A stretch of 64,000 nt of DNA from Phoronis australis (Eukaryota > Animalia > Phoronida): NCBI GenBank assembly GCA_002633005.1, contig NMRA01000222.1:62001-126000 (forward strand), in the 5' to 3' direction. The translations under genes were made by a program, and so were the position numbers. The number at the start of each line of letters is the position of its first letter. The stretch's first letter is position 1. Below, in pieces: positions 1 to 12,788 of the stretch. The notes beneath the pieces were generated by a model, which saw only the letters and a program-made list of their open reading frames with translations, was not told the origin of the DNA and did no database searches.

Positions 1-1170
1 ACTTTTCTTTCTTCCGTTGTTTTCCTATTTTCCATCACATACTCTTCATTGAAAGAAAATCGTTACCAACAAACCCTGGTTGCAACCATTTTCAAGAAAG
101 TCCATCTTACCGGTAACTCCGAATTCGGCCACAACCGCTTAAAACACAGCGTTCAGTATAATACTCCGATGGAGGAGTCAGCAATATTTTGGCCTAAGTT
201 GTGATATGTGTTGCATACAATGTTTAAGTGATTTGAGAGTTGATGGTAAACTAAATGAAAACAAAGGATGTATGTTACAATAAGACCCAGGCATGGCGAT
301 AGTACCTTGCCAGGTGGACGAGACCTGTCATTCTCAGCCATTCGTTTGGCATGTTAGAAGCATAGGCAATATTGCAAAGTGCATGAGCGAATCTTGGGGT
401 GAGAGTCATGCCACGAAGGTTTTCCGTTAGGAGTATGAGCACCCTCTCTTTGCAACATCCTAAATCCCCTCATTGAACGGGTTGTTCGCACTCAGGAGCA
501 GCGAGTACCCAATGCAAACGCCATGTTTTCTTTTGCATGCTATTTGATGATAAATCTATTTTTATTTGTTCTGTTTTTTGTCTTACAGCAGGGTCGACTG
601 GCCGCAGTCAATTTTCTGAAGCTGGGAGTCAAACACTGAGGCTTGAAACAAACGACAGATACACGAACATTGTTCGTCATAAAATTAATTGATACGTTAC
701 ATACATGTGAAACTACTGGAGTTAAAGAAGCATGGAAAGCGAAAGTTCGTCACAGATATATTTCAAACAATTCTTGATTAAAGTACCATATCGCAACGCA
801 CAGTACAAAGTTATTTACTTTCCCCTTTGCTGGAATTTCCAGAAAATTCACAAAATTCCATGACTTTTGAAATACGAACTCAGAAAAAACTCTAGTATCT
901 AATCTCACTTCCACTTAAATGAATGCGCGCATGCTCTCACCTTCATTCTACAACTGCTGAGTTACAAGATGGAAATAAGCGGCAGATTATCTTGTGTGAT
1001 TTCACTCCAAATCTGAGGTCAACAGCACAATACGATGAACAGGTCACATTTTCCACATAAGGGAAATGTGCCAAGTCTATGTCTTTCCATACCAAATAAG
1101 GAGACGTGCTTTGCCTTGAGAGAAAAATTGACGAAGTGACAGCCAGGCAATAGATCGTTTTTTTTTAAGA
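1..1170 (+). repeat. Locally duplicated segment, copy 1 (other copies at ~8916-9570 and ~25370-26090)
   Basis: 1-625 aligns by eye to 25370-26005 (e.g. gaaagaaaatcgttacca..aaaccctggttgcaaccattttcaagaaagt). 565-1170 aligns to 8920-9500 (ccgcagtcaattttctgaag..ggagtcaaacactga). Confidence 0.85.
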
Positions 1171-2594
1171 TTTGAAATTAAAATAAATAAAAATGTTTTG
1201 ACATTCACAGAATTTCAGAATCTTTACGAACAAACCCTAAAAATACTTGGCGAGCAGGTTGAATTCTGTTTCAGTGGTAGAGAACCATTCTGATTAGAGT
1301 ATCTTAGTTTGTTTCTCTTGTTCCAGGTTTCTTAAAATGTAAAAATAGCTATTTTTGCGTCTTAGATTTCTGATAGTATCAGTAAGTATCAACTACAGGT
1401 ACATTTAAGTCACACTGATGGCGCGACGAATAGAAAATGAAACAAAGTTATAAATTTACAACGTCCAGCTTAGTATTTCACATTTAACGAAATGTGTTAA
1501 GTGTGTTGTCAAATAAAGCTATCTACAAAACGTAAAGGTGCTGATAAAATCTCTCACTCTATGTAGGTGAACTGTATTTTTGAAAAAAAGGGTTTTTACT
1601 GCAAGGCTTACTGTGGCAAAACCAACCACAAAATAACCTGTAGAGTGAAAACCGTACTCTTTATTCATTGCACATAAAAACTCCTAGAAACTCATCCTAG
1701 GACTGGAATGCCAACTCCTGCGCGTGGACTAGTGTTTGGGCTTATGACCCCGAGATTTCACGGGAATCAGTACCCGCGAGTGTTTGCACAATGGATTCCG
1801 TGTTGTACGCTCGACTGGGTTTGATTGAGTGTTGTAGTTATCAAATAAAGCCTAATTTCATTCTTTCATTGTTGTTTTGTATTTTTTGGCTGATTGAAGT
1901 TGTCATGTAGACATTGACGCAATTTAGATGCTGAACGAAAATCTGCAGTCACTTTAACAACCTGTCAAGCTGTATGCTAGTAGTTTTTTATTCAACAAAC
2001 GTACTTGTTTCGCACCTTCAAAATAATTAACCAGGACAAAAACACACAAATCCCGGCGACCTTCAAAACAGGAACCCCAGGTATCGGACAGGACACCCAC
2101 CCGGGCACTCAAACACCACTTCCAGTATCTTAGCGCCTTTCAAGTGCTTTAGGTTCGTAAGACATGTATCAATTTCAAATTTTGAGGAAAAATAAATTTT
2201 CTTACTTTAAATAGTTGTTGTGATATGTCGGTTTACTGTATGAGACTACATGTATAAACAACTTATGACCTATTGGCGTTTCCATTGCTAAAGTTGTGCT
2301 GTGATCTTTTGCACTTTCGGCGCCATGAAATATTGTGTCACCTATTGGCCAGTTTATTGTTCTTCTTCTACGAGGTTGCGTACATGTCACAAAAATTGTC
2401 GTAACTGGTTTCATTTCTTTACAAATTTTTAGTACAGAATTTTAATATCAACAGCCCGAATTTCAGAACTAATTTTACAGCACTGATCCCCCGAAAAGAG
2501 TATGAATTCTGATTCCAAATTCCGTTTTAAAGATCAATGAGGAGTTGAAGTAATTTTTTGAGGGCAAGAATGGTGAAATTGGTGACTGTGCAGG

Positions 2595-2735
2595 TCTCGT
2601 GACGGATCTGTCTGAAACTTGATATGTGAGTAGATCTCACAAACGGCTATCATGAACGTGTTTAAACGGTTTGTCACAGCAATTTAAGGGTTTCGAATTA
2701 TTCTAACAGTTGTGGCGGCTGTTCGTTTGTTGACT
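2595..2735 (+). repeat. ~140-bp dispersed repeat, second copy at ~13763-13900
   Basis: gtctcgt.acggatct.tctgaaacttgatatgtga.tagat...ggcggctgttcgtttgttgact occurs at both places. Confidence 0.8.
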
Positions 2736-4639
2736 GATCATTTCCGTCTTTCTTGTAGATGCAACTTGTCTTCGATTGAGCAAATGTGTGATTCCTCTGG
2801 TATTTGATAGGTAGATGTATCACGTCTAGAGCTAATCATCATGGGCGTTTTACCATGAGTTTAAGCGGCGTTACTGTTGTTAGCGTTGTCGGTTTTGGCG
2901 GTGGTTTCCTGTCAGCTACGTCGTCAATATTTTCCTCTTCGTAATTATTTTCAGTGCCTCAATATTTTCTTCAGTGTTGAAGGCGATTTCGTTGTCTTCG
3001 ACTATGTTGTTGAAGAATTTTCTGAGAGTATAGTCTATGATAATCTTTGACAGTGTTGGCGGCGATATCGTGGCCTCCTCTATATTTTTATGTTGACATG
3101 GACGTTGTCATCTACGGAGTCGCTATGTTCGTCATCACACTCTCCTTTTCAGTTGATTTCGTCTAGTGTCACTCCTTAGAGGGCATTCTTTTGGGGGGAG
3201 GGGGTAACATATGCCATCGATTTGTTTCTCCGATTCGCCTATCTCGAGTTATTTGATGCTATCTGATATGTTGACCGTTCGTTTGTTGACAGATTCCTCT
3301 CAGATCTTTTGTTGATATTTCATTTTGCAATTATAATTGCTAACACCCAGTGTTTCATCTTGAGCTCAGAACTTTAATATGTAATGATAGCGAAGAATGT
3401 GGGACTCTTCTTTTATTTTGATCCACTCGAGAATTTTAATTTGGCACGTCTTCGATCCTAACTCCGAGGTAACATCATCATTCGGTTTTAACCCCCCCCC
3501 CTTTTCTCGTACTAATAAGTCATCCGCGGTTTGTCGTCCAGTGTCCAAACACCTCATTTTTGTATTAGGTTATCTATCCTCCATTTTCATTCTTCAGTTG
3601 GCGGTTTTCGCACTGCAGCATTTCCTTTGTTGTTGTTCATCAGTTCCAGGGGCCACACATCTTTTCATGGACGCAAGGCAATACAGTGGCAAAAACCTGT
3701 CAGGGACACGTACGGTGCGACGAAAAAGAATGTTCATTTGTGGTATTAATGGTTAGTTTAGAATGTACTGGGTCCAAATATTGATTTGGTAATTTTTCCT
3801 ACATATGAGCAGGAAGAGACCACCTCTCCTAATACCAATGTAGAGGTCGAAACAAGAAATCAGACATTGACTGCGCGATAGTGGGGAAAATTACAAGGCA
3901 CACTCTCTTTTGAGACGACGCAGGACCGTAAAGTGAAAGATGGGAACACTGGGCACACTGATCGCTTACGTCTAGACACATGCTTGGGAAAAATAGAGCA
4001 CTACATGACTATTCAACTCGTGCAGACTGCACGGGATGTCACGGTGACTCGAAATTCGATTGGCTTACTCTATGACCAATAAAAAGCTCGAATGTATTTC
4101 CCTCTACAGGAAAAATATTATATCGCGTGCAGTGTGCATTATGTTTTTAATACGAACACGATGATTTCAGTTTCGAGATATTGTTCTGCGGAATGAATTT
4201 CCAAACAGATGGATTTCTTCGGACGCACGTTTGTTACATGTACGTGCGACTAAACACGTAATCTTGCGCAACAGAAGTTTCCTTCACTATTATCGATACT
4301 CATAAGCTAGTTACATGCACAACTGGTATTATGCATCAATATGTACATTATGTGCTTATAGGTAGGGCGAGAATGTTGCAGAACTAAGCCTTATAATGTA
4401 CAGATTACGTATATTTTGCCGAACGGGCTGACCAATGTCTTCATTGTATGGTTTACAAAACTTAGGTATGAGGTTGAAGCTTTTTGGCATGGATTGGTGC
4501 TTTGCAAACGTGGTAACAATCTGGTCAAAATCAAATGAGTGGTCATAGTGAATACGGAGCAGAGCCAGTATGTTCAGCCTCCCTTAACACATCGCCACCG
4601 AAAATAATGCACTGGAAATTAAAAAAATGGAGCCCGAGC

Positions 4640-5420
4640 ACGAGTTCAGAATGCGTAGTTTACAGATGGAGGAAAGTGCGGAACAACAAAGACTGGAAGT
4701 TGAGCGTGCCAAGACTGAGCTGCAGAAGCTAAAACAGACGTGAGAAACATTTAACGTTGCTAAAAACATTTCATTAGTAGTGAGATGCGTGATGATAAGT
4801 ATTTCCCTCAGTTTGAAAAGATTGCCATTAGTTTGGGATGGCCTAAAGATAAATGTCCAGTTATGCTACAGAGTGAATTGACGGGCAAGGCAGTTGGGGG
4901 TATTTACTGCTCTTTCGGCTGAAAACTCGGCTGACTATGATATTATAAAATCGCGCGTTTTGCAGGCTTATGAGTTGGTTCCAGAGGCGTACAGGCAGAA
5001 GTTTAGAGATTTGCAAAATTCTAGTAGAATCCCAGACCTTTTTTTAGTTTAGTAGAAAAAAACAAATGGTTAGATTCACTTAATGTGCATGATTTTGAAA
5101 AAATCTGTGACACAATAGTTCTAAAGGAATTCAAAAATTGCATTCCACAAGCTTTGCAAACTCACATTAATGTGCAAGGTATTGTGTCATTGAGTCAAGC
5201 TGCAATTATGGCGGATAATTATGCTCTTGTTCAAAAGAAGAGTTTTTCTCGTTCCCAGACTCTGTACATGGAATAGATGTGTGTTCGAGTGTCAGAGTAC
5301 TGTCCTCAAACTCCCCACTGAACCCTGCAAGTAGTATTCGTAGACTGCCTAGTTGTGCATATTGTAAGAAGCAAGGACGTTTGATTTCCGAGTGTTGGAA
5401 ACTTAAGAAAAAGAACGTGT
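4640..5420 (+). pseudogene. gag remnant (capsid/SCAN-related region plus CCHC-type zinc knuckle)
   Basis: ETFNVAKNISLV, DKYFPQFEKIAISLGWPKDK, AYELVPEAYRQKFR, SQAAIMADNY, CAYCKKQGRLISECWKL; several stops and frameshifts. Confidence 0.85.
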
Positions 5421-6019
5421 TATGTACTGTAACTTCGCGGGAGATTCTTGTGACATATCAACTCACATGAAAACGTTCGCGCATTTTGGGTAATTCCAGA
5501 TCCATCCTGAAACAGTGCATTTTGCCGCTCTCTCGTAAAACTCAGTGTCTAACAGCCCTGTTGGGGGTGATTCACTAAATCATGTACCAGTGACTCTCCC
5601 CAAGATCCATTTAAAATCTGGTTTAGTCACAGGCTCTGTTGTTGTAGCTGTCTGTCCTGCTCTTCCTATGGAGGGTGTGACCTTGTTGCTTTGTTATGAT
5701 TTGGCTGGAAACTGTGTATTTCCCGAGAATGAGAGTTCGGCGATGTTTTTGAGAACTTGTTTTGTGAATAGCCCTTGTTAAATGAGCCTGATTTGGAGAA
5801 TGAGTACATTTTCCCTGCTTGTGCTGTTACTAGGTCCATGACAAAAATTGTGCTACTCTGTTAAAGGATGAAATAGTTGAGTTACCTGGTACAGGTTCCT
5901 TCACAGATTGTCTCAGATGTTGGGACATTAATGGGATAGATATTGGCGCGCATACTTTGGATAGTCAGCGGTTTTTTAGGGAACAGAGCATTGATCCTGA
6001 GTTAATGCAATTTTTTTAA

Positions 6020-7250
6020 CGTGTTTTGCCTAGTGACGAAGCTGAGAAGGTTTCGGAATGTTATTGTTTTGCAAGTAGTGGTGTTCTGATGCGCAAGTGG
6101 CGACCTCTTGATGCTAAACCAGAAGATAAGTGGTGTGTCGCCAACCAGGTTGTAGTTCCTAAGGTTTATAGGTCTGAGGTTATCCGTCTCGCTCATGATG
6201 GCCCTATGGGGGGGGGGGCATTTAGGCGTAAATAAGACTTACAGTAAGATTCGGAAACATTTCTATTGGCCCAACTTGAAGAAGGATGTTTCAATTTTCT
6301 GCAAGACCTGTGACATTTGTCAATGATGTTGGTAAGCCTAATCAGCATGTACCAGTGGGCCCTTTAAAGCCTAATCAGCATGTACCGGCGGCTCCTTTAA
6401 AGCCTATTCAAGCTTTTCAGGAACCATTTATAAGGGTTCTTACAGACTGCGTTGGTCCATTGCCTAGAACCAAAACCGAGAATTCGTATTTACTGACAGT
6501 TATGTGTGCGTCAACACGTTTCGTAGAGGCTATTCCCCTAAGGAATATTAAGGCTAAGACTGTAGTGAAGGCTCTGCTTAAATTCTTCACTTATGTTGGT
6601 TTCTCGGAGTGTACACAATCTGACCAGGGCTCAAATTTTTGTCAAAGTTGCTTCGACAGGTTACCTTGCAGTTGGGTATTACCCACGTGACGTCGTCGGC
6701 TTACCATCCTCAGTCACAAGGGTTACAGGGTTACTGGAGAGGTATCATCAAACTTTGAGGAACATGTTTCGCAGTTACTGTCTTGAAACCAATAGAGATT
6801 GCGATGAAGGTGTACCCTTCCTGCTGTTTGCTAGCCGGAAGGCAGTGCAGGAATCATTAGGGTATAGTCCGTTAGGGGCGCTTTGTAGTTGTTGAAAGAG
6901 AAATGGTTATCAGAGGATAAACCTCTCAATTTATTTGCTCGATTATGTTTCCGGTTTCAAAGAGACACTGTATGCAGCATGCAAGGTTGTGAGAGAGAAT
7001 TTGGTGGTGTCGCAGGGTAAGATAAAATAAGGATGTCAGAGTACGAGAATTTGAGCCCGGTGATCAGGTATTTGTGTTACTACCCGTTGTGGGCAACCCA
7101 CTTCAATCTAGGTATTCCGGGCCTTATGTGATTCAGCGGAAAGTTTCCGATCTAGATTATGTTACTAAAACCCCAGATCGCAAGAGGAATTTGCGTCTGT
7201 GTCATGTAAATACATGTATGTTGAAGCCGTATTTTGTTCGGAGCGGTTCC
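6020..7250 (+). pseudogene. Integrase remnant (HHCC, DDE core, GPY/F module) located upstream of RT
   Basis: VVPKVYRSEVIRLAHD; TDCVGPLPRTKTENSYLLTVMCASTRFVEAIPLRNIKAKTV; SDQGSNF; ERYHQTL; PLQSRYSGPY..CHVN; in-frame 33-bp duplication KPNQHVPVGPL/KPNQHVPAAPL at 6334-6399. Confidence 0.9.
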
Positions 7251-7489
7251 GACAGATCTGTTTCGATTTGTTCTGCTGCCAGTAGCACATACATGTAGTC
7301 AGTCTGCCCATTAAAACCAGCGTATGTACTGAGGATGGTATAGTTGGTTGTAAACCTACAGTAGGTTGAATAATTCTGCCATTCTTTTGACATTGATCTG
7401 AAGCTTAAACATCTGTCACGTGAGTAAAGACAAATCTTGATAGAGATTTTGTTTGAGTTTAAGGGTGTGTTTCCAGTAGTTTGAGTTTA

Positions 7490-8745
7490 GGGGTGTGTTT
7501 CCAGATGTCCCTAACAGAACTAATGCTGCTTGTCACGACGGTGATGTGGGTGGGGCTTCTCCCATTAAACAGTATACCTATAGGGCTAATCCTTTGAAAG
7601 TGAAACACTTGCAATCTGAGATAGATCATATGCTTAACAAAGGGATTATTGAGCCTACTTGCAGTGAGTGGAGTTCCCCACCATATTGGTTCCTAAACCG
7701 GACGGTACTTATAGTTTTGTTCTTGCAGGGTCAACGCTGTTACTAAGTCAGATCTTATCCGATGCCCAGAATCGAAGATTGTATTGTTCGTATTGGTAAT
7801 GCCAATGTCGTTGCTAAATTTGATTTACTCAAGCGTTTTTGGCAAGGTCCTCCGACTGAGAGAGCAAAGATCATTTCTGCTTTTGTCACCCCAGTTCGCT
7901 CTATGCCTACAAGGTCACGCCGTTCGGGATAAAAAATGTCGCCGCTACTTTTCAACGGATGGTTTGTAAAGTTATTGATGGTTTATCTTTTTGTGGGGCG
8001 TATATTGACGATTTGATTGTTTACAGCAAAAGCTGGGATGAACATGTTACACATGTTCGCGAGTTATTAATTAGGTTATCGGAAGCATTGAATTTGGCTA
8101 AAAGTGAGTCTGGTCGGGCCAAGGTATTTGGGTCATGTGGTTGGATGTGGTCAAGTTAGGCCCATTGGTGCTAAGGTTGTTGCCAACTAATCGCAAGAGT
8201 TTGACGAGATATTTGGGAATGATAGGATTCTACAGGAAGTTTTGCCCAAATTTTGCGTCGGTGGTTTGTCCTTTAACTGAGTTGTTAAAGAAGGATGTCG
8301 CTTTTGTTGGTCAGATCGTTGTGAAAGTGCTTTTCAGAACAGTAAAGCCTTGCTTGTGGATAAGCAGATTCTAGCAACACCTGATTTTGAGAAGCCATTC
8401 AACTTGATGGTTGATGCCAGTGATGTAGGGGTTGGTTCAGTGTTACAGCAGTTTTATGCAAGATGGCTTACATTTCAAGGAAGTTCGATAGACATCAAAA
8501 GAAGTATTCAACTATTGAAAATGAGTGCCTGGCTTTACTGATGTCTTTACAACATTTTGATGTGTATTTATCACCAGTAATGTGGCCTATTCGTGTATAC
8601 TCACAATCCTTTGACCTTTTTGCACATGATGAAGAATAAGAATCAGCACTTGGTCAGATGGAGTTTGTTGCTAGAGGAGTTCGATATTGTTATACATAGT
8701 GTTAAGGGCTTTGAGAATGTTTTGGCAGACGGTTTGTCTAAGATG
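7490..8745 (+). pseudogene. Reverse transcriptase and RNase H remnant
   Basis: PIKQYTYRANP..EIDHMLNKGIIEPTCSEWSSP; YPMPRIEDCI; AYIDDLIVYSKSWDEH; LGMIGFYRKFCPNFA; PDFEKPFNLMVDASDVGVGSVL; ENVLADGLS. Confidence 0.9.
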
Positions 8746-8789
8746 TTTTGACTGTGCCCAAATATTGTTTTCTTTGTAAGAAAACTGCT

Positions 8790-8800
8790 AAAGGTGGAGG
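8790..8800 (+). promoter_or_regulatory. Polypurine tract of the LTR element
   Basis: aaaggtggagg just after the end of pol and immediately before TGTTA. Confidence 0.7.
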
Positions 8801-8915
8801 TGTTACTGTTGTGTTACTCTTGTTGTTAAACACTATTTCACGCGAGACGCAACTCGCATCGCGAATTGGCGACAGCTGACTTTTTCTGAGTTCTCGTGAG
8901 CGACAGGGCATAACA
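8801..8915 (+). repeat. Putative 3' LTR, short or internally deleted, TGTTA...TAACA
   Basis: Starts TGTTA directly after the PPT and ends TAACA exactly where similarity to the host repeat (copy of 565-1170) resumes. Confidence 0.55.
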
Positions 8916-9570
8916 GTATATGTTCTGTTTTTATCTTACAGCAAGGTCGGGTCGCCGCAGTCAATTTTCTGAAGTTGGGAGTCAAACACTGATGCTTGAA
9001 CCAAACGACAGATACACGAAAGTTGTTCGTCATGACATTAATTGATACGTTACATACATGTGAAACTACTGGAATTCAAGAGGCATGAAACCCGAAAGCT
9101 TGTCATATGTAACTTTAAAAAAATTCTTGAATAAAGTATCATTTTGCTACGCATAGTACAGAGTTATTCACTTCCCCTTCGATGGAATTTACAGAAAATT
9201 CACAAAACTCCATGATTTTTGAAATATGAATGAAGAAACAGCTCCATTTTCTAATCTCACTGCCACTTAAATGAATGCGCGCATGCGCCCACTTTCATTC
9301 GACAACATCTTAGTGACAGGATGGATATTAACGGCAGATTATAACGTGTGATGTCACTCCGAATCTGAGGTCAACAGCACAATACGATTTTCCACGTAAG
9401 AGATATGTGTTACGTCTTACCATACGAAATAAGGAGACGTGCTTTGCCTTGAGGGATAAAAGTTGACGAAGTGACAACCAGCTAATAGATCACTTTTTAA
9501 AATATGAAAACGTGAAGCCACTTTCAACAACCTGAGTGTCAAGTTGAATGTTAGTAGTTTTTTTATTCAA
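8916..9570 (+). repeat. Locally duplicated segment, copy 2 (of 565-1170 plus 1945-2000)
   Basis: Colinear similarity, e.g. ccacttaaatgaatgcgcgcatg and aataaggagacgtgctttgccttgag. Confidence 0.85.
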
Positions 9571-12002
9571 CAATGCATTTTTTGGGGTTTTAAAATCGTG
9601 TTACAGTGTTTTACAGAAAAAGTGTCAATTGATTTCAAAGTGTTGGTTCTGCAAGTGTAAACGGTGAGTTTATCAACAGATATGTTTACGTAATTTATGA
9701 TAAACTACTGCTGTATCTATTTGGTTAGCTAAGTGTGCATTAATATAACTATATTGTATTTTTCTATAATATTTCGTTTGCGCGAAATTTCCCTGTTGTC
9801 AGGAAATGCTGATCCAGTTTTTGAGTAGTAATGTTATATATTCGTGAAACGAATTTAACAGTAAAAATCTGCCTTGTAAAAGAATCCGGATGATGTTTAA
9901 AGAACCGGTCAATAGATTTGATTGAAACTTGGAACAGAGATATATCGCGAGATTTCGCCGGCACCATTTGATTTTCGGCTATTTTCGACTACTGCAGTGC
10001 TTTCTAGTGGCCCTTTTGTGTGAGAGCGTTTCTGGGTGATATGGTGCAGAGGAATGATTGAAGCATTTCCATGAAATTTGACACAAAGCTATGTGTCGTC
10101 AATGCGCTGGCATCATTGAATTTTAGGGCGGAACCAACCATATTCAGTTATTGAGAAAATCTACCAACGCTTTCCAAGGGATTAGACTTTATTGCTGAAC
10201 ATTTACGAACCAATATTCAATTTTAAACAGCTAGGCGTTCTTTCACATTTTCCCTGGAAATAAAAAAGTATTGACACTGGTGAAATAGATTAAAGTACGA
10301 CAGCATATCGTTTTAGGCATTATACAAAATTATGTGCAACTTCTGCAAGAAAGCAGGGACGTTGGCATGAGATCAAACCTTTTTGATTACTAAGGGAATA
10401 TCCCTATTACATTTCTGGACGCATTATCGCCACTGGCCATAATTAGGCGTATTGACAAGCATAGGCTCACAAGTGTTCTTTTTAGCTTGATGGATGCACA
10501 CATGAGAAAGGCCGATGATCGCAATTATATTGTGTTAAAACACGCATGTTCCCACAAACCTTGTCAGTTGACTACTTCCTGTCATCGATGTCCAGATCGC
10601 CTTTCGCACCAGCACTGATCTGTGAATTCTCATCGCCTATTCCTATTTTCCTTACAACATTTCGCGCCTTCCCTGGTTGGGACCAAGCGTCGACGACACT
10701 GCATCGAAAAAAATGCTTCAATGGTCAGACATGTTTAATTGCTAAATTTAACTTCATTCATTAGGTGCTTGATTACCAAAACACTCTTCGATTATACCGG
10801 GTACAAGGCAGACACTGAAGGCTCGTAGTGAGCTAACATTATGTAAGAGGGACAAAGACATATTCGAGATACTCTATCCCACCCTGGTAGCCAGGGGAAA
10901 TGACACTTTTCTTCGTATGCCAAGATCAGGTTCCAGTTAGGGCTTGTGTTCAGACTGGAAATTCTGGAATCTATTTTACTGTCAAGCAGGAAGAAAAGAA
11001 ACATTTCGGCATCCAAAAACATTCAACTTCCTCTTTTATTAGAGTTCGCTGTATCGTAAGTAGTTCGGACAATAGACCAGGATGTGCAATTGCAAAATTC
11101 GAGTTCACCAACATAAACCATAGTGAGCAGATGTACATATTGGAAGTGAAACTGGTCGTCTCGCCAGACGTCGCTAGTGAATATCTAAAGGCAGAGTCTG
11201 TTTTCGACTCCGGAAAATCTCTTTTACATAGGGATTACTATTTCGATGGCAAACGTCCCTTATATCTAGTACATTGGGCGGTACTCAATATTTTTTTTAC
11301 CCACGGTTGAATTTGCCTGCACTAATTTCATGAAATGTTGGCCTTGGTGGATTGGCTGGCCATTTCAGGTTCTTTGCTGCACGTGAAGGCTTCGAATGGC
11401 ATTTGCTTGTTTTTCAATCATTTTTGAATGAAAGGTTCTTAGCTGTTGGCCCCTCGACCCACTTTTTGCTCAACGGTGACTTTTCTTAAACGATTACCGC
11501 TTGCAAGCACGAAGTTGAAATTTAGCATTAAATTCCAATATCCTTTAGGCTCTTTTGAATGCGAAAACTCTGGCTGATCTACACCCAGTTTTCACCTGAC
11601 TTCTGCACGTTTTCAGAAAATGAGCACTTAAAGAGGGGCGCGTAGTAACCGTTCGTAAAATCGGGGTGACTAAAAATGACAGGTTGTAACAAGTTCCTCT
11701 ACACGGTCTCATCGTAGTATATAATACTCAGTAGACACTCACGTTGCAGTTATGGCAGTCGTGATTAGCAACAGAGCGAAAAAAAGCGCAACGTTCTTCA
11801 TGGTTACCTAGAAAACAAAATAGAAACTACATGATCGAAAAACACAAAAAAATCTTCATGACCTACGCTATAATAATGTACATGTGTTGGTTAAACAAAT
11901 GGTTGTCAGGATATGCTGTATTATACCACAACATTAGCCTCGAATGGCAGATGCAACCGTGTAAGAACCCATTTCGTTATCTCATCAGTGAGATAACATT
12001 TT

Positions 12003-12086
12003 GGCGGGAAACCGAGGCCTGTTTCGAACACGGGCCTCAAGAGTTTCGAGTGGCCGACTTTACCACTACCCCACTCAGCGGCTGAC
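12003..12086 (-). repeat. tRNA-derived Pol III promoter (SINE head or tRNA pseudogene)
   Basis: Minus strand gccgctgagTGGGGTAGTGGtaaagtcggccactcgaaactcttgaggcccgtGTTCGAAACaggcc has A and B boxes at tRNA spacing; the stems are imperfect. Confidence 0.6.
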
Positions 12087-12623
12087 GTCATGGAACATGA
12101 AAATAGACTACTTAAATGAGCACGCGCAACAATCGCATGTTCAGCAAAGGGCATTGTACCGACATCTATATGCTATGAAAAATAAGACGCATAATTTCCA
12201 TAAAAACGATATTTTAATTTACTGAAATTTTCTCTCGTGTTCTTTCACTAAATCACCGATCTCCAATTTGAATGCGGGTATCGTGTCATCGGGATCCTTT
12301 GACTTGAGCATTATAGTCAGTTACTAGTGGTAACTTACTTTAGCAGACGATATTTTTCCGGTCGAAGCTTAGCGTGATAAAATGTGTAGTAAGCTATACT
12401 AGTTACTAAACCTTAATTTATAGATTCACTCTATTTCTGTTTTGTTTAAATTTTCAATTGGTTTTGAATAAAAACATTATTTGACAAAAATAGCTCGGCT
12501 TTTCTTAAAAGGTCACGACCTCCGACCCAGGGTCTCTGACATAGAAAGTAGTTACAAAGCCGAGGCGAGTCGAGAAAGGTAGATCGATTCATTGCAATGT
12601 GTCTCGTTCAGTATGTGGTATAA

Positions 12624-12788
12624 ATAGGTTATTACATGTTCTCAGTCGTTATCCTCAGTTATCTAGAGCCCTCGTGGTTTTTGTAGAATTATCACCCTCG
12701 AGGCTAACGCCCCTCGGGCGATGATTCTCCAAAATCCACTCGGGCTCTAGATAACTGGGGATAACGACTTCGCCATGTAATAATCTAT
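12624..12788. mobile_element. Palindromic (foldback) MITE-like element
   Basis: ttattacatg..agtcgttatcc.cagttatctagagccc... is inverted as ...gggctctagataactggggataacgact..catgtaataa; second copy at 18745-18906. Confidence 0.8.

Larger units (their letters stand above)
4600..8915 (+). mobile_element. Decayed Ty3/gypsy LTR retrotransposon of Gmr1 type (gag-PR-IN-RT-RNaseH order); 5' LTR not found
   Basis: Frameshifted domains in order: gag (FEKIA..LGWPK, LQAYELVPEAYRQKFR), knuckle CAYCKKQGRLISEC, protease C-half (LPMEGVTLLLCYDLAG), integrase (AHDGPMGG..FYWP..CKTCDIC; TDCVGPLPRTK; QSDQGSNF; LERYHQTL; GPY), RT (YPMPRIED, YIDD), RNase H (VDASDVGVGSVL, ADGLS), then PPT and TGTTA. Confidence 0.92.
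11921..12788 (+). repeat. ~870-bp composite repeat, copy 1: element with ttataccaca...tgtggtataa ends containing a tRNA-like head, followed by a 165-bp palindrome
   Basis: Colinear with 18033-18906 at high identity; ttataccaca at 11921 is inverted at ~12614-12623. Confidence 0.88.

Noticed and set aside
7451-7505. 29-bp tandem duplication in the retrotransposon pol
   Set aside because: Frameshifting post-insertion slippage, not a functional signal
12003-12086. Functional tRNA gene
   Set aside because: Acceptor and anticodon stems do not pair well, the two copies differ at the anticodon position, and it sits inside a repeat
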